Below, in pieces: positions 25,866 through 37,046 of a stretch of 64,000 nt of DNA (position 1 is its first letter; the number at the start of each line of letters is the position of its first letter). The stretch is from Malacoraja senta. Taxonomy: Eukaryota. A program made the position numbers and the translations under genes. The stretch lies in the NCBI GenBank assembly GCA_038087875.1, contig CM075989.1, positions 16,308,001-16,372,000 of the forward strand. Reading direction: 5' to 3'. Below the pieces are notes generated by a model that ran no database searches, was not told where the DNA came from, and worked only from the letters and a program-made list of their open reading frames with translations.

Positions 25866-26712
25866 AATACAATACAATACAATTTATTTGTCATTTGGAC
25901 CCCGTTGAGGTCCAAACAAAAAGTCGTTTTCTGCAGCCATACATTACAAATCGAAAAAGACCCGAGTCACAACACAATTTACACATACATCCATCACAGC
26001 GTTGTGATGGAAGACAAAAACAACGTATCTCTCCACTGCACTCCCCCCCCCCCCCCCCCCCCCCGATGTCAGAGTGAAAGTCAAAGCCCCCGGCGGGCGA
26101 TGGTGATTGTCCCGCGGCCATTAAAGCCACGCCGGGCGATGCAAGGTCGCGCACCGGGTCTTGGTGTTAGAGCCCCGGCGCGCGCTCGCAAGGCCCCGCG
26201 GCCATTCCAAGCCGCGCGGGGCGGTGATGTAAAGCCCCGCTCCAGGTGCTCTTCAACCCCGCAACTCGGGCGGGAGAAGTCGCCGCTGCGGAAGCCCCGA
26301 AAAGCGGTCTCCCACCAGGGACCCGCAGGCTTCCGGTGTTGCCGTCCGCCAGACCCGCGGTTGTAGCCTCCGAATCTCCGGGGGTCGGGTAGCAGCAGCG
26401 CTTGTCTCCACCACAGCTCCACCCGCTCCGGACTCGGCCAGCCCCGTGACGGTGAGTAGTCCGCAGCTCCGTAACTGGAGCCCCAGGTCGTTCCTGCTGG
26501 AGGCCGCTCCACGTTGCCCAGCCCCAACGACAACGGAGACCCGACAAAGAAAAGGTCGGGTCTCCCGTGCAGGGGAAAGATTTTAAAGTCCCCCCACCAC
26601 ACACATACCCCGACAAAAAAAATTAATAAAAACTACATAGAAACGAGACAAAAATAATAAAAAGACAGACGGGCTGCAGAGGCCGCTGCTGACGAGAGTC
26701 GCGCCGCCCACC
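25866..26712 (-). mobile_element. GC/CpG-rich non-autonomous retroposon (SINE-like, no tRNA head seen)
   Basis: Sharp GC-rich block. The 3' end is gacaaataaa followed by (ttgta)n. 5' architecture is shared with 29645-30450. Confidence 0.55.
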
Positions 26713-27129
26713 TTCCAAATTCTATTCACACCGCTGGTGAAAAAAAAATCTCTTCAGTTCTTTATTGGATTTACTAGTAACTAATTGGTAAATGTAACAC
26801 CTGGTTTTATGCATCTTCAAGTGTAAATGGCTCTCGGACCGCCACTCATGCACCAATTTACTGGAGAAAAGAACTGTTTTGCAATTTATGATAGTTATCA
26901 CATACTGGTTCCATCTCTGTAAATATTTTGATTGCACCTTCTCCATTGCTTCTACCTTTTTGGTACTCAGCAGATAATCTTCCAATTGCAGAAGTATCCC
27001 ATTTTGTTGGATCATGACTAATATTTTTCTCCCTTTTTTCCCCTCAGAACTGAGTGCAAGAATAAGATCACCTTGTCCCTTAATGGACTTCCAGATGTAA
27101 CTCCTCTAAATCTGACATTCAGCCTGGAT

Positions 27130-27955
27130 ATGAAGACTGAGATAACATCTGATGCACCTAAAAGACAGGAGAGTTCCAAGGAGTCATTAATGAACCCTGA
27201 GCCAATCCTGGCAACGAAGAGTTTCAGGACAGACGTTGAAATGATTGCAAGTAAGGTTGTAAATGAGTTCTCTCACGTTTGTGATTCGGGAAAGTCTATC
27301 AAGGACATGAATGAGAACAGATTAGAACAGGAGAAAATGATTGTTGTCAGAAAAAAGCGCAAAAGCCAGCAGGCTGGTCCATCAGAAATTCAGAACTCTA
27401 ATTTGAAAGATCACCCAGGTAACGTTGGTCTGAGGCCTCGTATGCAGTCAGAAGACCATGCAGATGATTCTTCTTTTAGTGAATGTGTTTCATCACCTTC
27501 TTCAAGTCTACATTTTGGAGATTCTGATACAGTGACTTCAGAAGAAGAGGAGGAGATTCCAGACAGACATTCCCAAGTGGTATTGAGTGGCACAAGTAGA
27601 ACAGTTGATTCAAAAATGCACAAGTGGCCTAGGTCTGAACAGGAATCAATATCAGGGATGTTAATCAAGCGACCTTGTCTCCCACATAGCAGTCTGCGAA
27701 GGCCTCAACAGAGGAAAAAATTTAAGAAACCCAATATTTCTCAACGGACTCAAAAGCAAAAAGAACGGATTTTATTGCAGAGGAAGAAAAGGGAAGTTTT
27801 TGCTTGCAGGAAGTATGCCTTACTGTCAAGTTCTAGCAGTTCGGGCGATAATGACCTGAGCAGTGAATCCTCCTCCAGCTCTTCCACAGAAGGAGAAGAG
27901 GATTTATATATGTCGAGGAATGAAAGCCACCAAAATAATACAACAGTTGCCTCAG
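27130..27955 (+). CDS. RNF111: RNF111/Arkadia E3 ubiquitin ligase, first coding exon (exon 2 spans 27048-27955)
   Basis: Acceptor ccctcag|27048 and first in-frame ATG at 27130. [15 protein letters not shown]...[13 protein letters not shown]...[17 protein letters not shown]...[18 protein letters not shown]...[16 protein letters not shown] matches the Arkadia N-terminus. Donor TCAG|GTAAAA, phase 1. Confidence 0.95.
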
Positions 27956-28662
27956 GTAAAACTTTGAGCCTTCAGAAATTGTAAAATAATGGATATTAAG
28001 TTACTTTTTCATTGCATCCATCTAACTGTGCATCAATATATGTATTATTGGTATTTAAGAAATTATGTTAACTTGAATATTTCCCAATTGTTACTCCTTA
28101 CTTTTGGAATGTTGTCATATTGTAACACCATTGAGAATCCTGATTGATTTTGCATTTATATCATAGGCATAATTATTGTATGAAAAATTGATTAAAATGC
28201 AAATCCTGGGTCTGGCAGAAATTCTACTATTGTAATACAAATAGATATTCAAATGATGAAACTTAGTTTAATTGCATTTGGCCAACAAAGAGGGCAAAGA
28301 CTGCAGGCATAGGAGCGCCATCTCATTAAAAATGTCCTTAAATTTACATGGAATCCGGTCTTGGAAATGAATTGTTTACCTTCATTGTTACTGGATCAAA
28401 ATTCTGTAATTCCCTGATCAAAAGCATTGTGAAATTATCTTTATCAAAAGGCTGTAGTAATTCTATGTGATCTTGCCACCATCCATTCATAGTCAGTACA
28501 TGTTAACTTTACCAGAAATATGCTTAAACTATGATTGAAGTAGTCAATGAAGATATTAGGTGTCTTTCAGATTATTACTATACTATTCAATTTTGTTCTG
28601 TGATGACCTGCATAGTTCAATTCATTTTCATGGAGACGTTACCTGCCACTTAACTTTAGTTA

Positions 28663-31073
28663 CAGTGCCCTCCATTATGTTTGGGACAAAGACCCATCAT
28701 TTATTTATTTGCCTCTGTATTCCACAATTTGAAATTTGTAATAGCAAAAATCACACGTGGTTAAAGTGCACATTGTCATATTTTATTAAAGGGTATTTTT
28801 ATACATTTTGGTTTCATCATGTAGAAATTACAGCTGTTTTTATACATAGTCCCCCCATTTCAGGGCATCATAATGTTTGGGACACATGGCTTCACAGGTG
28901 TTTGTAATTGCTCAGATGTGTTTAAATGCCTCCTTAATGCAGGTATAAGAGAGCTCTCAGCACCTAGTCTTTCCATCACCTTTGGAAACCTTTATTGCTG
29001 TTTATCAACATGAGGAACAACGTTGTGCCAATGAAAGTCAAATAAGCCATTATGAGACTGAGAAACACAAATAAAACTGTTAGAGACGTCAGGCAAACCT
29101 TAGGCTTACCAAAATCAACTGTTTGGAACATTATTAAGAAGAAAGAGAGCACTGGTGAGCTTACTAATTGCAAAGGGACTGGCAGGCGAAGGAAGACCTC
29201 CACAGCCGATGACAGATCTCTATAATAAATAAAAATTCCCAAACACCTGTCCGTCAGATCAGAAGCGCTCTTCAGGTGTGGATTTGTCAATGACCACTGT
29301 CTGCAGAAGACTTCATGAACAGAAATACAGAGGCTACACTGCAAGATGCAAACCACTGGTTAGCCGCAAAATTAGGATGGCCAGGTTACAGTTTTCCAAG
29401 AAGTACTTAAAAGAGCAACCACAGTTCAGGAAAAAGGTCTTGTGGACAGATGAGATGAAGATTAACATATATTAGATTGATGGCAAGAGCAAAGTATGGA
29501 GGAGAGAAGGAACTGCCCAAGATCCAAAGCATACCACCTCATCTGTGTAACAGATGTTATGGCCTGGGCATGTATGGCTGCTGAAGGTACTGGCTCACAT
29601 CTTCATTGATGATACAACTGCTGAAGGTAATAGCATAATGAATTGCTTGATACGGAGGAGGCGCTGTCCAGAACGGCTGCCTGTCCTGCAGCTGTCCGTT
29701 TTTTACCCCTTCTTTTTTATTATTTTTAGTACGTTGAGTGTGTAGTCAGGGGGCCTAATCTTTTTATGTGTGGGGGGGAAGGGGGAAACTGTTTTTCTAG
29801 TCCCTACCTGGTCGGAGGGGTTGCCTTCCTCTGAGCAGCGCCCTCGACCTGTCCTTGCGGCCTACCAGCGGGTCCTGGAGCGACGTTTCCCTGAGGGGAC
29901 CTGGCCAGAACATCGGCTTTGGCGGCGGTGCAGCGCTGGAGCGCTGTCGTGGAGCGGGCGATGCCTTTCCTGGGTCGCCGCGCTGGAACTCCAGTATGCT
30001 GGGACCGCCGATGAGAACATCGTGGAGCAGCGGTTCTGTGGAGCGGCCAGCTGCGACGCTGAACGGTACATCCCGGAGCCTGGGATCTCTTGCTGAGATT
30101 GCCAGTGTGTGGAGCTCCGTCCGGCGCGGTCTGTTGGCTTGGAAGCCGCGGTCTTCAGTGGGAAGGTGGTCGTTCCTGGTACCCCAAGCCGCTGGGGGTT
30201 CTCCCGACGCCGGAGCACCATCACCCGGCGAGAACATCGGGTGCCGTGGCGGCGACTGTGGAGGCCTCAGTGGGCTCGACTGGGTGGACAAGAGGATGGG
30301 GACTGGACTTTGTGCCTTCCCCCACTGTGGGGGGATGTTTTTGTGTTTTGGTGGTGAACTTTTTAATACTATGTTGTATTTTATTAGTGTGCTGCAAGGA
30401 CATCTGAATTTCCCCTGAATAAGGGGATTAATAAAGTCTAATTCAATTCAATTCTGATGTGTATAGACACATCCTATCTGCTCAAGGTCAAATGTCTCAA
30501 AACGCATTGGCCGGCGGTTCATTCTCCAGCAAGACAATGATCCCAAACATACTGCTAAAGCAACAAAGGAGTTTTTCAAAGCTAAAAAATGGTCAATTCT
30601 TGAGTGACCAAGTCAATCACCCGATCCAAACCCAATTGAGCATGCTTTTTATATGCTGAAGAGAAAACTGAAGGGGACTACCCCCCAAAACGAGCATAAG
30701 CTAAAGATGGCTGCAATATAGGCCTGGTTGAGCATCACCAGAGAAGACACCCAGCAACTGGTGATGTCCATGAATGTCAGACTTCAAGCAGTCATTGCAT
30801 GCAAAGGATATGCCACAAAATACTAAACATGACTACTTTCATTTACATGACAATGCTGTATCCCAAACATTATGGTACCCTGAAATGGGGGGACTATGTA
30901 TATACACTGCTATAATTTCTACATGGTGAAACCAAAATGAATTAAAATGGCCTTTATTAAAATCAGGCAATGTGCACTTTAACCACATGTGATTACAAAT
31001 CTTAAATTGTGGAGTACAAAGAGGCAAATAAATAAATGATGGGTCTTTGTCCCAAACATTATGGAGGGCACGG
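28663..31073 (+). mobile_element. Tc1 copy 3, both TIRs present, transposase disrupted, nested retroposon
   Basis: TA|CAGTGCCCTCC left end and GGAGGGCACGG right end. ~230-bp TIRs with an inner repeat of ataatgtttgggaca. 34 residues between D (QDND) and E (NPIE). Contains stops and frameshifts. Confidence 0.92.
29645..30450 (+). mobile_element. GC/CpG-rich non-autonomous retroposon nested in Tc1 copy 3
   Basis: Interrupts aatgaatt|ctgaagtgtatagac. 3' end aatttcccctgaataaggggattaataaagt followed by (attca)n resembles the Rex1 tail at 19750-19800. Confidence 0.65.
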
Positions 31074-33725
31074 TGCATGTACATTAATGTGTGTTTCAGA
31101 GAATGCAGAATAAGTTGTTGCATACAGTAATGTACACGTCAGAAACAAATTGGCATTGTTGAAATGCCCTTTCATCTATAAATAATTATTAACAAATAAA
31201 ATTTGTGCTTCCTCAGGTTGTTGTTTTTGATGGAAATGCAAAAGGAATGGGAGTATTATAAAGAATAGTCAATGTAAAATAGTGATCAAGGGTCTAAATA
31301 TGTAGGGTAGTTCCAGACCTTGACCTAAATCTGCACAATTCATTTTTCTCCTTCAACTAATTCCCCATTTAACTGCCTCTTGCGCACATCACATTTGTCA
31401 ATATGTCAGCTTTGTGTCATCTGCAAATTTGCTAACGTTACTTTGAATCCCTTCATCTAAATCATTGATGTTTTTAGGTGACAATCAACGCTTCCATAAA
31501 ATAGATTGGCCATTGTATTTACCTTGAAACACATAAAGTTGTGGTCAATAAATGGGTCCTTTGGTCCATTATGTCCATACTGACCTTACTAGACCCATTC
31601 ACCTATCCTCACTAAACCTATTTACCAGATCTTTGCCCTTGATTCATTGGGCTCTATCCTCTACAGCCAGTCCCCCATCCATGTTCTCCAGAAATGCTGC
31701 CTGACTTGCTGAATTACTCCAGCACTTTGTGTTCTTCCATATGGGACCTTGTCAAAAGCCTCTTTGTCACATCAATTACATTACCCGTATCAATATATTT
31801 TGATACCTCTTTGAAAAATTCAGTCAAATTGGTCAGACAGAATTTGTGTCCCTTTTTTTACATTTATTTATATTTATGCTCTATCTCCTGCTGACTGTTT
31901 GGAGACCTGTTGTAACCCCCCAGTAAAGTGATAGGAATCAAAAAGAAATAGGGCTCTAACTATTTGTTTCATTTGAAGAACCACTAGGATATTCTCCCTC
32001 ATTATACAGTAACTGATCACGAATCAGAATTGCATGTGACCAACCATTTTCCATCCCCTCACACTTGAGTTACCAGTCCATCCCTCCTTTATTTGTTGTC
32101 TCTCTGATATTCCATTCTCATATGCCTTTGAATTTACTAAGTTATGGTCATTGTCTACAAAATGCTTTCCTCGGCAACTACTTTCTCAGCTACATTCTCT
32201 TAAGATTAGTTTCAGTACTACTGCTGCTCTTAAAATGAACCTAAATTAATCTGCCTGACAAGTCAGACTCCTTACAGTAAAGTAAATCCAATTAGGCCTT
32301 GTATTCTTCATATGCCATATTACACCATGTCACCTCTGCCTTCTACACTGACTTGGTAGTGCTTCTGTTTTTGACTGTACTTATTTTCCCACTTGTCCCG
32401 CACCCCCACTCCCTTCCCTGCCAATTTAGCTTGAACCTTTCCTGACCGTTCTGGCAAACATCCTCACAAGAATGTATGACCTTTTCTAGTTCAGGTGCAA
32501 CCTCTCCTTCTTGAACGGGTTCCCCCTTCCCCAGAAACTGTCCCAGTGACCCAGAACTGTGGCCGCAGACGTGCCTGACATTCCCTCCACTATTATTGCA
32601 TTTGGTCTCTTCTTCCTCCCCTGTTGTACAGTTAAGCCATCACAATGTTGTGATCATGAATCATCCGGTTGCATTTCCGGAGATGCATTCAGGGAGCAGA
32701 CGCACACGTACGCACGCACGAATAGCTCATGATGGGCCAAATGGCATGTCTCCACGCTATATGACTTTGAATTCCCACATGCTGCGAGTCATAAGACATT
32801 ATGGACTGAAATTACCTTCCATATTTTTAATTTAGAAAGCATCCCATTAAAATGTAATCCTATCTGTTCCCACACTTTAAAAGTGTGAACTTTAAAAAAA
32901 AAGTTAAATGATTCACAAACCACATACTAACTGGAGCAAATGTTGCATGGTTGAATCGGAGGCATGTGTTGAAAAGATTCTACACACCTTTGCTCACCAA
33001 TGCTCAAACCCACTGACCGCTCTCACTCATCACCATCTCCATTCTCAGATCACTGTACTCAGATATGTTGATCTCAAGCACACTGACGATTTAGAAGCAA
33101 TACTACAGAAAAAACAGTCTAGTAATAACTCATTGTTTATCTTAAAATTGTCATCCAGATTTTTTTTTTGTCTGTAAATTTATGACATCACAAAAATTCA
33201 GGAGGGATCATATTTTGTTTATCGCTGTTGGATTAATAGCTTGGAAATGCTTTAATTATTTTTTTTAAAGAATATTTCAAGGCAGAGATAATTCTTATAC
33301 AATATATAAATAGCTTTTGAAATTGTTCTTTTTTGTTGAAGTATTAAAAGATGTGCTAAAAATATAATCAGGAAATACAGAGGACTGCAGTGCAACTATT
33401 ACAAGCTTGAAAAAAGACCATTTAGTCTGTTGTTACTGCGGTCTGTTCACATTTTGACAGATAGCTTATGTGACTCATTACTGAGTAAAACACATCATAC
33501 AGGTTTAGTGAATAACAGCTGGAGGGCTTTTAAAATTACTGGCTAGCAGGTGATGTTTCATGGTTGATGTTTAATAAAACTCAGAATTTAGGTTAAGCAA
33601 CAAAGATTCAATAAAAATAATTGCATTTAAATTAAGGTTGTTTAATAGTAATTAAGATACCAAACAGTTTTGGCTACTCATTAAATTATTTTTGGTGAAT
33701 TAGTAGCTTATATCAGATATAACTT

Positions 33726-33822
33726 CAGTCTGAAGAAGGGTTTCGGCCCGAAACGTTGCCTATTTCCTTCGCTCCATAGATGCTGCTGCACCCGCTGAGT
33801 TTCTCCAGCATTTTTGTGTACC
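33726..33822 (+). mobile_element. 97-bp Penelope-type insertion with intact hammerhead core
   Basis: CAGT-CTGAAGA-A-GGGT-TTCG-GCCC-GAAAC-GTT. Perfect 14-bp TSD ATCAGATATAACTT (33712-33725 and 33823-33836). Confidence 0.8.
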
Positions 33823-34197
33823 ATCAGATATAACTTGTTTGAAATCTTGCTTCCTCAACACAGTGGCCCAAGTTCTTTTTGTACAGCTGTTTAAAATCCA
33901 TTTGGATGATCATTGAAGCTGCAAAAGTAATTTAACTTTCAGACAACTGCTTTAATCATGGGATTTTGGGGCCCATTCAGCTCATGGGCCAATACTTCGT
34001 CCATGCAATCTTTAAACATTGTAATTTGTTTTATTCCAAGCTCCAAACTGCATGTAGGGATCCGTGTTTATTCAGGGAAACTGATAATCATGTATTTGGA
34101 CCTGAATTTGGGGGGGAATGATTGAGCAGTGAAGGAGGGAAAAAATTGGCAGATATAGTTTAATGTGAGACGTGTCGGACATCAACATTTTTGAGTA

Positions 34198-34473
34198 CGG
34201 TAAATCTGGTACCCATGAGACTTTGGTCAGACTGGCAGATTTTCCAGACTATTGGAGTTTAAATGTAGTAGGAAATGTATAAGCACTGTGTATGCCAGCT
34301 GCAAAGCTGACCCACACTTAATTCCAGCTTGAGTTACACTCCACGCCCAGCCCCTGACCACACGCTCTGCTTGCTGTCTGATTCCTGGCTGCATTCCAGA
34401 ATAATGAGAGAGCCTGCTTCCGAACCATCAGAATATCCAAACAATCCGTATCTGGCTTAATTGTCATTTACTG
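34198..34473. mobile_element. Old Tc1/mariner (Tigger-like) MITE
   Basis: TA|CGGTAAAT...ATTTACTG|TA ends, weak subterminal symmetry. Confidence 0.35.
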
Positions 34474-36040
34474 TATATTCGTAGTGATATATCAGGTAAC
34501 AATAAAGGGACGAATAAAGTTCGGAAGGCTGTTTTGGGTGAGGAGAAATTACAAAAAAAATAGTGATTTGGTCCGAACAAAGTTGTAAACAACTGATGTC
34601 ATCCTCAAGGTGGCAAGATTTTCAAAACTAGAATTTATCTGACTTCTGTGGAAATAAAGTAGGTGAAAGGTAATGTCAAGAGGTACTTATTAATAAAGTA
34701 CACTAAATCCTGAACCACTGATTTAACCCCCTGTCACACTGTTGAAAGTCAGTTGGAAAAAGTCAAAACTGAGCAAATTTTGTTTAAGATGCCCTTTGAG
34801 GTTTGAGAGCTGAATACCCTGTATACCGTGGCTTTGATCAGAGTGTCACAAGGGAAAAGGGCACTCTACGTTAGCTGTTTATTTGCTATAAAGTTATTGT
34901 GAAGGTTGCCCATGCAGCTGGAAGCCTTAGTTTAATGACATATACCAGAAATCTGCCAGGCAAAATAACCATTTTGGCAATAACCATAAAAGGCAAAATG
35001 TCATTTGTGGAAAGGAATTTGGTGCAAAGTGCACCTTTCCTGAGAGTCCTTCTCATTTCTACAAAGCAGTTAAATAGGTGGAATTAAGACTTCAATCACA
35101 CTTTTACCTAAGACCCACTTAAACTGCTGGAAGATTTCAGACTAAATAAGCCAAATCGAGCCACAGCAAATACTTTCAATTGTGTAAATCGAGTGTTGAA
35201 ATTATAATTATGCAGATAGAAGCTTTGGGCAAATCATTTTGAGATCACCCAAAAGCTGCCTGTAATAGAATTGTAGTTAAGAATTAGGTGAAGTAGAATA
35301 ATTATTGTACTAAAAATTGCTGGACTTCTTGTTACAATTGGGCATGCTTTTATTTTATCTGACCACTCTTATGTTTTATGTTTTAAACCATGGTAAATGT
35401 TTGAAGTGTGCCAATATTTTATGACACACATATCAGATTATTTCATCATTAAGTATACTGTGTTCTGTCTTCCACAGCCCCTTCCAAGTGCATCCCCATG
35501 TTTCTTGGAACTTTATATTCCAATCTCTTGAATCAGGTTTCCACTTTTGCTATTGTACCAGAGCAGTGCTTAAGAAATTGACAAATGATGTCTTACATGA
35601 AGATTTCTAATCTGTTAATAGCTTGGCAATCATTTCCATAAACTCATATCTTAGGCAACAAGCAAGACTCCTCCACCATAATCCCTGGATAGGCCTTGTC
35701 CAACAAAAAGGACAGACCTACCTGAACGTTCATCAAACTGGTATATACATGGAAGGGAGTTACTCTGGAAGTTCTCTGCATTGACCACAAATGCTGTGTC
35801 TGGTAACATCAAGTCATATGTGGACAAGGTAACCTCCAGTTGTCATATCAGCTGATCAATCAGTGCTCCTTAGTTTTGGGAAAACATTCGGAAGAAGCAC
35901 AAGATAGCAAGCGCACAGAATGGGGGCCTTACAACTCCATCACCAATAATGGCTTGCTCATGGATATGGGTGCCAAAGGAGGAAGTGACCCAACATGAGT
36001 GATAGGTCTACTTGACTTTCTCCTTATCATTATAACTTAG

Positions 36041-36195
36041 AGTTGCTGCTTTACAGCACCAGAGACCTGGGTTCAATCCTGACATCGGGTGTTGTATGTA
36101 CTGAATTTGTATGTTCTCCCTGTGACCGCGTGGGTTTTCTCCGGGTGTTCCCGTGTTCTCCCACACTCCAAAGACGCACAGGTTTGTAAGTTTAC
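36041..36195 (+). mobile_element. HE1-like V-SINE 5' part
   Basis: B-box GGTTCAATCC and V-domain gttctccctgtgaccgcgtgggttttctccgggtg. Confidence 0.75.
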
Positions 36196-36582
36196 TGACA
36201 AGACTACAAGCGTGCTAAACAACAAGTATGCAATTGATAGAGCTGCATGATTTCATAACTAAATGGTCAGATTATAGGTCTGTGGTCCTACTAGCTCTAA
36301 TTATGAATGGTTGGGGGGCAATAAAACTAATAGAGGAGAAGGAGACTATTCAAAGAACATTACTGTTCTCAGTGAGTGCTAAAGATGAGGCTCAATCATC
36401 AGCAACCTCATTCAGTTAGAAGTGCTGAGTGGATGATCCATCTTAGCTTTCTTCTGAGAACAAAAGGCAGTTGCCTAATCCAATTTTAATCATTGTGTAT
36501 GACATCAAAAAATCATTGTGAGTGCCTTGTTGCAGCAAAGACCAATGGTCTAAAACTAACTATAATTTTTGCATCTACATCA

Positions 36583-36959
36583 TTCATTCATCGTCGTTGA
36601 AAACATTAGCAACGCAGTGGTGCTGGTTTCCAACGGGAATGGTGACGGACGCACCACACATCTCTGTCCTCCAGTTCCTGCGGACTTCCGCTGCTGGAAG
36701 AAGTATAGAATTTTGGTGTGTGTGCTTTATCATCATTCCTTACAATGCTATTTGCGACAGTAATCGCAACTTCTACTGAAGTGTGGATGGCCGTTGGCTC
36801 GTTAGAAGCTGATCCGCCCTTTGACAGGTCTTGTTTTTGGTCCTTCTGGGGGTCCACAGCCCCCTCCTCACCTGGCAAACCAGGTGGGAGAGACGGTTTA
36901 GTCGCCGACTATCCAACCATGGGGCAGGTAGCACGGGATTACGTGGTACCTGTGGCATG
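36583..36959 (-). mobile_element. Probable RTE-derived bipartite short retroposon
   Basis: 10-bp TSD ATCTACATCA/ATCTATATCA, (GAAT)n tail, EDRDVW remnant like RTE C-termini, and a hairpin-rich 5' part. Confidence 0.55.
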
Positions 36960-37046
36960 ATCTATATCACACTGGGGAAAAATTGCCAAAGAATATCCTG
37001 TTACAAAATAGGACAAATCAAATCAGTCTCCTTTCGAGCATCGTTT

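Noticed and set aside
25891..26616. ORFs of 150-170 aa in GC-rich inserts (also 29770-30418)
   Set aside because: Open in several frames on both strands because of GC content; no domain or splice support; they lie within retroposon-like inserts.
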